Origin: a virus
Reading direction: 5' to 3' (one strand)
IMG/VR virus record: IMGVR_UViG_3300021197_000975
Location: 6,359 to 70,358 of that record
DNA: 64,000 bases
Part shown: positions 50,517 to 57,679 of the stretch, in pieces
Numbering within the stretch: position 1 is the stretch's first letter
How the letters are laid out: the number at the start of each line of letters is the position of its first letter
Notes under the pieces: model-generated
Databases searched by the model: none
Told to the model about the DNA's origin: nothing
The model's input: the letters and a program-made list of their open reading frames with translations, nothing else
Program-made: the position numbers and the translations under genes

Positions 50517-50565
50517 CTCTGAGAATTCTGTGCTTAAACTAGGGCTTGGCCCTAAGGAGTTTGAC

Positions 50566-50862
50566 ATGTCACAGTATGACGAACTGGCAGCCCGCCTTGC
50601 GGTGCTCGAAGCTCGTGATCGTATGCAGCGTGCCATCTTGTCGATGGTGACTGACCCTGCTACGTGGCAATCATTGCTTGACTTCCATGCTGAGTGGAAG
50701 GACGAGCTCCAAGCAATCGGTAAGGTTCTCAATGCTTTCTTCGATACGGAGAATGTACCTGAGCAGCTTATCGATACCATCGTTGATGGAGTCAAGGGAC
50801 ATGTAGCAGTACATGAGACTTGGCTAGAACATCATCGAGAGGCTGGTCACCTCAGTCACTGA
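50566..50862 (+). CDS. Hypothetical early protein
   Basis: AAGGAG RBS before ATG 50566; lies exactly between the two 52-nt repeats. Confidence 0.7.
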   Translation: MSQYDELAARLAVLEARDRMQRAILSMVTDPATWQSLLDFHAEWKDELQAIGKVLNAFFDTENVPEQLIDTIVDGVKGHVAVHETWLEHHREAGHLSH

Positions 50863-50870
50863 ACGTGACA

Positions 50871-50922
50871 GACAATCTCAACGACACCCTCTCTTAGGAG
50901 AGGTTGTCTATTGGGATTCTCA
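50871..50922 (+). repeat. 52-nt structured repeat, copy 2
   Basis: Same flanks and length as copy 1; different but still self-complementary core. Confidence 0.9.
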
Positions 50923-51057
50923 TCCCACGGAGGAGAACGAAAGGACACAAGGACCACGCCTGCGGTGGGCAGGCCAGACAAACTATGCAAGGAAGCAAGC
51001 TTCACGCTGTAGCTCAACAGATCGTTCCAGTGCTACAGCGGAGCAATAGACAATAGC

Positions 51058-51110
51058 TGCGGTAGACAGTAGGCGTGTCACTGCCTGCCGCACATTCTCC
51101 TGAGACACGC
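51058..51110 (+). promoter_or_regulatory. H-type pseudoknot in the leader of the divergent polymerase gene
   Basis: Stem 51058-70/51080-92; loop GCGTGTC is complementary to GACACGC at 51104-10. Confidence 0.6.
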
Positions 51111-51135
51111 GATAACTTTGGAAAGGAGGTTTGTC

Positions 51136-53046
51136 ATGATGGCAGACCGCACCAAAGTAGTGAGTGCTTTGACAAAGCCCGTATCAACGATATGGGATTT
51201 CGTCCACACTCTTCACACCTTCTGCAACATCCCGTTGCAGGAGGCTGGCGATCTCATGTTCGCCTTGGCTCACGATGGAACCATCGAGCTGTTCAACGTA
51301 GCAGACGATGAATCCAGCAAGACCACCACATATGTAGTTAATACACATGTGGCAAGTCGAGCCTTTGGACTTGATGGGGAATGTCGCCTCATCAGGTGTG
51401 ACGAGAACAAGCGTATCCCATCCCTCGGGGCGGGCGGGCGTCTTGGCTCTTTCCACTTGCCACCCATGTTGGCGAAGGCTATGGATCACAATGATTCCCA
51501 GCGGTTTATCATGCACACCGGGATGCTCGATATCTATCGACGCATCAAGGATGGCATGTCCCGCGAGGATGATTCCAAGAATGTGATCTGGACCCGTCGC
51601 CGCAACAGGATGGAACTGCTACTGGTTACGGAGTTCGAGACCCATGGTCCCGGCCCTTATCACCAGATCGGTACACCCGAGGCAGCATTCCGGCTCCATG
51701 TTCTGGCTTCCACTGCGGGCATTGCGTCCCATCAGGGAAGTGGTTGGCATCGTGCAGTGTGCGACTTCGCTCTTCGGTACGGAGCACCCAAGGGCAGTGA
51801 CGAGTGGGATCACGGTATGTACATCCTTGAACAGGAGTACAACGTGAACACCAGCAACTACGCCAAGATTCTCGAGGCAGGTTGCAGCTTGGATCTGTTC
51901 CTTAATCCCGCCAAGTACGAGCACATGCTCGGCACCACTGACGGGGCCAAGTTGGCCGAAGCTGTTCGCGCTGCGTTCTGCATTCATGAACTGCTGACTG
52001 AAGGATCCACCTCTTACATCTTCGGTAAGGACCGCAACTCCTGTGGTCCCGCCGATATGTCCCGTATGATCGGCTGCCGCGATCTCGCTACAGCTACGAA
52101 CATGATCTACTCGGGCAAGGAGGTGAACTTCGCAGCTGAAGTTCTCAAGTTTGTCGGCAAAAAGATTGCAGTGACTGACTCCATGTTGCCTTACGAGGAT
52201 CTCATCCTCGATCCCAAGGCAACTGGCAAGCCCTGCCTTCAGCCCATCCAGTACACGGCCTCTGCGGCTAGTGCGTCCCGTGCTCTTGTCTTTCGCAAGG
52301 GCAAGGGGGATGATGTCCATTACTTGGACGCTGCTGACATGTACATTCCCGGCTCTCTGGATAAGGTTGCTGAATGCGACCTCAACCAGAAGTGGCTCCA
52401 CGTTCACAAGGAGCTGGGTTGGGAGAAGAGCATTGCTCTTACCATTGAGACTGCAAGCTGCATCGAAGAGGCCTTCCACATGCTTTCCCACGGGAGGGCA
52501 CGAACGGCTGGTCAGATCATGAAGAAGGCAGTTGAAGTATGCAATGAGAATAAGACGTACCTCACATGGCCGACCGTCATGGGAATTGATTTCGTCTATC
52601 GGCCCACTGAACTTGATTACAGTGTGCTCGAAAAGGATGACGATGGCAACATCGTCAAGGACGAACGCATCAAGATCTCAGGTCGAGTGAATGGCAGGAG
52701 GAAGCAGTACAAGCTGTACCCGACTGTCACTGAAGCTCGTAGCTCAGGAGCCTTGGCTGCTGTGCTGCGTGTGAAGGATGCGGAACAGAATGTCCTGTAT
52801 AACTGCGAAGCCAGTGATGCAGGTATTCCCACCGCCAACACTCACGACAAGTTCGGCACAGCCCTTGGCTGCCTTGGTTTCGTGAACGAGGTGATCACCC
52901 GGAATGCAAAGACCGGGACCGATGCCAACTTCTTCAACGAGATCATTGACAGGTACGAACTGCCTTTCAACCACTTCACGCCACTGCGGCCTGAAGAGTT
53001 GGATGGCAAGCACATGCTGGACGGCACTCCGCCTCATCTGGCATGA
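51136..53046 (+). CDS. Highly divergent single-subunit (T7-family) RNA polymerase paralog, N-terminally shortened
   Basis: Colinear matches to the in-window RNAP: HQGSGWHRAVCDFA, KDRNSCG (motif A), KATGKPCLQPIQY (B), WPTVMG, KDAEQ, THDKFGT (C). AAGGAGG RBS. Confidence 0.8.
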   Translation: MMADRTKVVSALTKPVSTIWDFVHTLHTFCNIPLQEAGDLMFALAHDGTIELFNVADDESSKTTTYVVNTHVASRAFGLDGECRLIRCDENKRIPSLGAGGRLGSFHLPPMLAKAMDHNDSQRFIMHTGMLDIYRRIKDGMSREDDSKNVIWTRRRNRMELLLVTEFETHGPGPYHQIGTPEAAFRLHVLASTAGIASHQGSGWHRAVCDFALRYGAPKGSDEWDHGMYILEQEYNVNTSNYAKILEAGCSLDLFLNPAKYEHMLGTTDGAKLAEAVRAAFCIHELLTEGSTSYIFGKDRNSCGPADMSRMIGCRDLATATNMIYSGKEVNFAAEVLKFVGKKIAVTDSMLPYEDLILDPKATGKPCLQPIQYTASAASASRALVFRKGKGDDVHYLDAADMYIPGSLDKVAECDLNQKWLHVHKELGWEKSIALTIETASCIEEAFHMLSHGRARTAGQIMKKAVEVCNENKTYLTWPTVMGIDFVYRPTELDYSVLEKDDDGNIVKDERIKISGRVNGRRKQYKLYPTVTEARSSGALAAVLRVKDAEQNVLYNCEASDAGIPTANTHDKFGTALGCLGFVNEVITRNAKTGTDANFFNEIIDRYELPFNHFTPLRPEELDGKHMLDGTPPHLA

Positions 53047-53159
53047 TTCACCTTGACGGGTGACTCTCCGGGGACGGGCAGGCTGGGAGAAATCTCAGTC
53101 TGTCTATTAGATGTCTAGTTGTTAGATATCTATTTATTAATCTCACTGGAGATAAAACA

Positions 53160-53606
53160 ATGAACAATGGAAACAACGCAAGGTACTTCTACCTCGAGGA
53201 GGTGGAGTCACCTCACCGGAAGTTCTTCTTCACCTCATTCGGAGACCGGGTGGGTGTGAAGTTCGTGGACGCAATGCCCGAAGAGCTTCGTGAAGGTGCG
53301 AAGATATATGATCTTATTACCTTCCTGCCCATGTGTGAGCAGTCAGGGTACAAGGTCGTACAGAATCGCTGGACTTCCAAGCATATCCGTCTGACGAAGT
53401 TGGATGGGATCTGGAAGGCCAAGGTTGTGGCTGTTCACCCTCTGGCCGACAAGCCTCTTCACGCCACCTTTGGTGGTGAGACGATGCGAGATGCCCTCTC
53501 CAACTTCTGGCTTGGGTGGAACCAGAAGGTAGTGAATGAGTATGGACACCTCAATGTCCACACTCACATCATCTTCACCGAACCGAAGAAGTACCTCGAG
53601 TGCTGA
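53160..53606 (+). CDS. Hypothetical early protein
   Basis: GGAG RBS; 148 aa; codon style matches the island. Confidence 0.7.
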   Translation: MNNGNNARYFYLEEVESPHRKFFFTSFGDRVGVKFVDAMPEELREGAKIYDLITFLPMCEQSGYKVVQNRWTSKHIRLTKLDGIWKAKVVAVHPLADKPLHATFGGETMRDALSNFWLGWNQKVVNEYGHLNVHTHIIFTEPKKYLEC

Positions 53607-53617
53607 TGCACTGATTA

Positions 53618-53648
53618 CAAGGCCCCTTGCAAAGTGCTTGGGGCCTTG
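53618..53648 (+). terminator. Hairpin immediately after the gene (possible terminator or processing site)
   Basis: CAAGGCCCC/GGGGCCTTG 9-bp stem; poor U-tract. Confidence 0.4.
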
Positions 53649-53664
53649 ATCTCTAGGCATCTCT

Positions 53665-53870
53665 ACGTAACCCTAGATAACCCAAGTATCACGTAGCCCA
53701 TCATAACACAGGATAGCCCTAGAGGTAGCCCTAAGTCGGCCCAGAGTAGCCCGAGGTAGCCCTAGAGGTAGCCCTACAGGCAGGTAGCCCCGTGGTATCC
53801 CCTAAGTAGCCCCCAAGTAGCGGGGTAAGGGGGTATCCATAGGCCTACCTGCTTTTTTCGTAGCCCAACC
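53665..53870. repeat. Array of degenerate short GTAGCCC repeats
   Basis: About 8 TAGCCC copies plus variants (GTAACCC, GTATCCC), often 10-12 nt apart. Confidence 0.9.
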
Positions 53871-54105
53871 CAAGACGGAACGCTTCGCTGACCATCTCTT
53901 GCCTTCGGCACACGCGGAACACACTCCCAGTTGCTCCCGAATGCCAGCGGGGGTAAGCCCGTGGCATTCTGGGCAGTTTGTGAACATGTGTCACCGAGTA
54001 GGGATCTTTCGGGATCTTCTTGGTGACAGGTTGGAAGAGTCATCGTCCAGCCGTCCCCGTTGTGGGGAAGAAATGATGACGTACTCTTCGGAGGACTTGG
54101 AATCA

Positions 54106-54339
54106 ATGGCGAAGACCACTGATACCAAGCAGTCCACCAGCCCCAATGGATTCACTCGAATCCGTGAGGCTAAGGTGTCCCTTGAGGCCCAATACGCTGA
54201 GCGTGTTGAGGCTTGGGATGACGCCACGGTAGACCACTGCCTCGATATGATCGATGAAGGACGCATGCGCGTTCCCTTCAAGGTCCGTATCGTGCGTGCG
54301 TCTGCTGTCAAGCGTGGACTCGCCACTAATAACGGTTAA
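54106..54339 (+). CDS. Hypothetical early protein (MAKTTDTK...)
   Basis: GGAGG RBS at ~54090; biased codons; upstream extension unlikely. Confidence 0.6.
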   Translation: MAKTTDTKQSTSPNGFTRIREAKVSLEAQYAERVEAWDDATVDHCLDMIDEGRMRVPFKVRIVRASAVKRGLATNNG

Positions 54340-54344
54340 TCCGT

Positions 54345-54965
54345 TGTTGGGCCTCGCCTAGCGGGGTGGTGGTGTTTAGCACACCCGGCAGTAGCACTGG
54401 CTGTCGTTATGTCCTCAGTGCTTTTCTTTATGCTCTCTCCTTCGGGAGAGGGTGTAGAGAAAATGAGTTAGGTTGGAACCAACGGATCTCCCGTGAGCAG
54501 GTGCTTGCAGGGCTGCAACCCGGTGAAGGTGGCGACTGCCCCTCCATGGGAGATCCATTCCAACCGCAACGAGCAGCAGACGGGATGCAACTGCAATAAC
54601 AACATCCCAATTCGGGTGCTGGAGTGTGATGATGTCCGCCATTGACCAGCATACTATGAAGAGGCGGGTCCGGCTAAAGAAGGCAGCCGTGAGGTGGATA
54701 GGGGACGAATCGCCAGCCTTTACTTATGGAGACCTGAAGCCAGATCGTATGCTGGAACAGGATAAAGATAGCGCCTCTGTCTTAGGCGGGAACTGCTGGG
54801 CATGGTGAGAGGATACTCTCTTTGGATACGGTACACGCCGGTTACATGTAGGTAGATAAACCGTGGCCCGTAGCACGAAGAAATCGGGGCGGTACGGACC
54901 TTTGCTGTGAAGACGTTACCAGTAAAACAGCATGTGCCTGAGTATGCACGTAAATAACTACTCCA
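54345..54965 (+). ncRNA. Candidate large structured non-coding RNA
   Basis: No credible ORF; many nested helices with G-U pairs, a cUUCGg tetraloop and a terminal pseudoknot. Confidence 0.6.
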
Positions 54966-54973
54966 ATCTAATA

Positions 54974-55077
54974 GGGGGACCTAGGCATGCTCTACGATGT
55001 CCTGAGGTTGCTTGTGCTGGTTCAGGAGCCAAGATAAGTAACTTATGTCGTATCGGGTTCGAATCCCGGCCCCTCCT
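54974..55077 (+). ncRNA. tRNA-like element 1 (non-canonical)
   Basis: T-arm CGGG-TTCGAAT-CCCG and an imperfect G-rich/C-rich acceptor stem; a long hairpin replaces the anticodon arm. Confidence 0.55.
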
Positions 55078-55084
55078 AACCTAT

Positions 55085-55190
55085 GCCCTGCCGTGGCTTG
55101 GCTAAATTCTACGTGTCTTTGATAAGTAATTGGTCGTAGAAGATGAAAGTCAAAAGACTAGAGAGGTTCGACTCCTCTCGGGGCTTACCA
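55085..55190 (+). ncRNA. tRNA-like element 2 (non-canonical, encoded CCA)
   Basis: GCCCTG/CGGGGC acceptor, AGAGG-TTCGACT-CCTCT T-arm, variable hairpin AGTC-aaaa-GACT, 7-bp stem with a 21-nt loop, 3' ACCA. Confidence 0.6.
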
Positions 55191-55480
55191 TATCACGATG
55201 AGTCGTGCGTTAGTATAGAGCGTGAGACTATACCCAATGCAGAACTGGATTAGCGGGGGTGTCAGAGGTCTGTTGAGGTTTGAGTGCTACCAAGAGTCAG
55301 AAAGCATTACACGATTTTAGGTCTTGAGTTCGACACAAAACGGCTCGGGCTTGTGAGCTAAGGATCGTATCCTTCCCTGACTGCGAAATAACGTGAGGTC
55401 GATGGGTGGTGTAAGCATGACAACACACACGAGTTTCTTATGTATTACAAGGAGAACATATGATAATTCCAAACATGTTC

Positions 55481-55509
55481 TTGATCGGTGCTAGGTTATA
55501 TATTATACT
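55481..55509 (+). promoter_or_regulatory. Putative host sigma70-type promoter
   Basis: TTGATC-N17-TATACT upstream of the early gene run that leads to the RNAP. Confidence 0.45.
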
Positions 55510-55638
55510 AGAGCCCATCAGAATGACTCTTTGTTGAACCATATGGACAAGCCTAGACTGTAGTGATGGTGTGTAGTGGCTAGGATGAGGTCAGGGAGGC
55601 CAAGAGTAGCAATCTCCCCAGCATACAAGGAGGTGTCT

Positions 55639-55803
55639 ATGACACAAGATAATTACGATAGATACTACAAGTATCTCAATCTGCTCTCTGCCTACGGTCG
55701 TGAGGGTGAAGTGAGCGATCTTGTCGAGCACTTCAATGTCTCTAAATATGAGGCATTCAGAATTATAATGAATTGGGCTGAGTCCCAGAAGGAGTCTGAC
55801 TAA
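55639..55803 (+). CDS. Small hypothetical protein
   Basis: AAGGAGG RBS before ATG 55639. Confidence 0.65.
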   Translation: MTQDNYDRYYKYLNLLSAYGREGEVSDLVEHFNVSKYEAFRIIMNWAESQKESD

Positions 55804-56153
55804 TGGGTATGGATGTGTATGGTGCTAACGAAGGTACTTACTTTCGTGCTAATTGTTGGGGCTGGAGACCTATCGTTGAAGCCATCTGGGCAGCAGATAA
55901 GGGTGAACTCTTTAGTGAAGACCTGCTGTCTCGTATGGGATACAATGATGGTGCTGGCCCTACCTGTGAACATAGTTGTAGGCAGTTGGCTGACAAATTG
56001 GAACACTGGACCAATGAGAACGTAGAAGATACGTACTCTCCAGATGTGTTCCTTGAGGAAGATGGAACCAACTACTACGGAACAAGCAAAGGCCACCTTC
56101 TTGAGTTTGTCGCATTCCTTAGGGAATGTGGTGATGGATTTGAAGTGTGGTAA
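55803..56153 (+). CDS. Conserved hypothetical phage protein (MGMDVYG...YFRAN.WGWRP type)
   Basis: TAATG coupling; ends FLRECGDGFEVW. Confidence 0.75.
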   Translation: MGMDVYGANEGTYFRANCWGWRPIVEAIWAADKGELFSEDLLSRMGYNDGAGPTCEHSCRQLADKLEHWTNENVEDTYSPDVFLEEDGTNYYGTSKGHLLEFVAFLRECGDGFEVW

Positions 56154-56214
56154 CTTAGGTATACTATAGTTATATAGTTAATATAGTTATATAACTATAG
56201 TCTAATACCCAAGT
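56153..56214. repeat. AT-rich palindromic element with TATAGTTA repeats
   Basis: Perfect 18-bp palindrome at 56182-56199; inverted repeat 56163-75/56189-201. Confidence 0.8.
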
Positions 56215-56246
56215 ATATAGACAAAGGTTAAAACTAAGGTATTACT

Positions 56247-56489
56247 ATGACTGATGAAAAGGAAAGAGGCCCCCTCTCAGACATGAAGACTGAGCAACTG
56301 ATGGTTGCTCGTGTTCTCTTCGATGCTCTAAAGGATGTACTCAAACAAGGAATAGATGGCGATGATTTCGACTCAGAGTTTCATGACAATCTTGAAAAAA
56401 TCGAAGAAGAAATTTCAGAAATTGATGTCGAACTACTCACAAGAGATGACATCCCAGACCCAGATGATGGAGATGGATCAATACTGTGA
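56247..56489 (+). CDS. Hypothetical acidic protein
   Basis: ORF with AAGG RBS; very D/E-rich. Confidence 0.65.
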   Translation: MTDEKERGPLSDMKTEQLMVARVLFDALKDVLKQGIDGDDFDSEFHDNLEKIEEEISEIDVELLTRDDIPDPDDGDGSIL

Positions 56490-56668
56490 CGAGCCAAATG
56501 AATATGAACGAGATGAAAGTTACTCAAATTGGTATTCGTCTAGAGACTCTCTTGAATGAGGGTAAGATTCTAGACTATACCTCCGATGGATGGCTAAGGA
56601 TTCATGATAAATGGGTTCCTTGGCAAATAGGATTCAAGCAATTAGGAGATAAAAATGATTGCAACTAA
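56486..56668 (+). CDS. Hypothetical protein
   Basis: GTGA overlap; fills the gap before the next gene. Confidence 0.5.
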   Translation: MTSQMNMNEMKVTQIGIRLETLLNEGKILDYTSDGWLRIHDKWVPWQIGFKQLGDKNDCN

Positions 56669-57611
56669 TTTTGGTAACACCGTTACCTCAACTAATCACT
56701 CTGAAATTCTTGATCAAGCTGGTCTTGATTGGGATGTAGAGATGAGTAGTGGTATCGGTGGTACACTCTCAGATGGTACGCCCATCTACACTTCCAAGAA
56801 GTGTGCTGTAGTACGTAAGGATACCAACGATGTGCTTGGTATCGTGAGCCCTGACTATCAGGTAGTTCAGAATGAAGAGTTGGCATACATGGCATCGCAA
56901 CTGCATGGTACTAATGTTAAAGTTAGTAGTGGTGGCGAACTTATGGGTGGCAGCCGAGTGTTCTTGTGCTTGGAACAACCATCGTTTAACGTTGGCAATG
57001 GAGTAGATGATGAGGTTAAGCCTTATCTTGTGCTTGCTAATGGTCACGATGGTAAGTTCTCATTGCATGGACTTGGCACTACTATCCGTGTCTGGTGTGA
57101 CAACACACTGAATGCTGCTATGAAAGAGGGAAGGAAATCTAATAACCTTATCTCTATCAGACACAAGGGAAACATGTCCTCAAAGATTGAAGATCTTGTT
57201 ACTGCCCTGCGTGTTGTTAATAAGCAGACTGAAGATCTGAAGGAAGCATCCAACGCTATGGCACGCTATCAGATGACTTCGAAGAGTGTGAATGATTATT
57301 GGGATGATGTCTATGCTAGGTTCATTGATACAATTCCTAATACTGTTCAAACAAAAGAAGAACTCAGGCAACATAACCGATGGGCTTCAGTTAAGATGAA
57401 GTTCTGGGATGTGTTTGATAAAGAAGCATCTGCACTAGGTTCAAACCTATGGACTGCATTCAATGCTATTACTAATCACATTGATCACAATACTGTGTAT
57501 CGTGGTGACAATGGTAACAAGGCAAAGAATAAATTCTATGGGAACATCTATGGAAACGCGGCAAGTAAGAAGAAGCAGATTCTTCTGCATAGCCTTGACT
57601 CCATACGTTAA
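56655..57611 (+). CDS. DUF932/DUF945 family (phage/plasmid-like TIGR03299-type) protein
   Basis: AGLDWDVE, VVRKDT..VLGIVS..Y.VVQN, GGSRVF, NGHDG, IRVWCDNTL, IRH.G, LWTAFNAIT. Confidence 0.88.
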   Translation: MIATNFGNTVTSTNHSEILDQAGLDWDVEMSSGIGGTLSDGTPIYTSKKCAVVRKDTNDVLGIVSPDYQVVQNEELAYMASQLHGTNVKVSSGGELMGGSRVFLCLEQPSFNVGNGVDDEVKPYLVLANGHDGKFSLHGLGTTIRVWCDNTLNAAMKEGRKSNNLISIRHKGNMSSKIEDLVTALRVVNKQTEDLKEASNAMARYQMTSKSVNDYWDDVYARFIDTIPNTVQTKEELRQHNRWASVKMKFWDVFDKEASALGSNLWTAFNAITNHIDHNTVYRGDNGNKAKNKFYGNIYGNAASKKKQILLHSLDSIR

Positions 57612-57622
57612 CTCTAAACCAA

Positions 57623-57665
57623 GGGAGAGCAGGGATTTAATCGCGAGTAAGCGCCCTGCTCTCCC
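57623..57665 (+). promoter_or_regulatory. Strong intergenic hairpin (12-bp perfect stem)
   Basis: GGGAGAGCAGGG/CCCTGCTCTCCC; no U-tract. Confidence 0.5.
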
Positions 57666-57679
57666 GCTCCCATTGGAGG

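Noticed and set aside
50465-50922. The 52-nt repeats as a mini CRISPR array
   Set aside because: Only two units, about 400 nt apart with a gene between them. The variable part is itself a covarying hairpin, and no cas genes are present.
51619-52491. 290-aa minus-strand ORF
   Set aside because: Antisense shadow of the codon-biased, GC-rich polymerase gene; no RBS or recognisable motif.
53774-54808. Short ORFs over the GTAGCCC array and the structured region (e.g. 54366-54599, 54626-54808)
   Set aside because: No convincing RBS and no codon bias like neighbouring genes; extensive base pairing explains the sequence better.
54860-54970. Group II intron domain V/VI (CCGTA...GAAA...TACGG; CTACTCCAAT)
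   Set aside because: No properly placed AGC/CGC triad or AC bulge, no matching domain VI stem, no interrupted gene and no maturase. The resemblance is superficial.
54974-55190. Calling these standard tRNA genes with anticodons
   Set aside because: Neither has a 5-bp stem with a 7-nt anticodon loop, so no amino acid can be assigned. Kept as tRNA-like ncRNAs.
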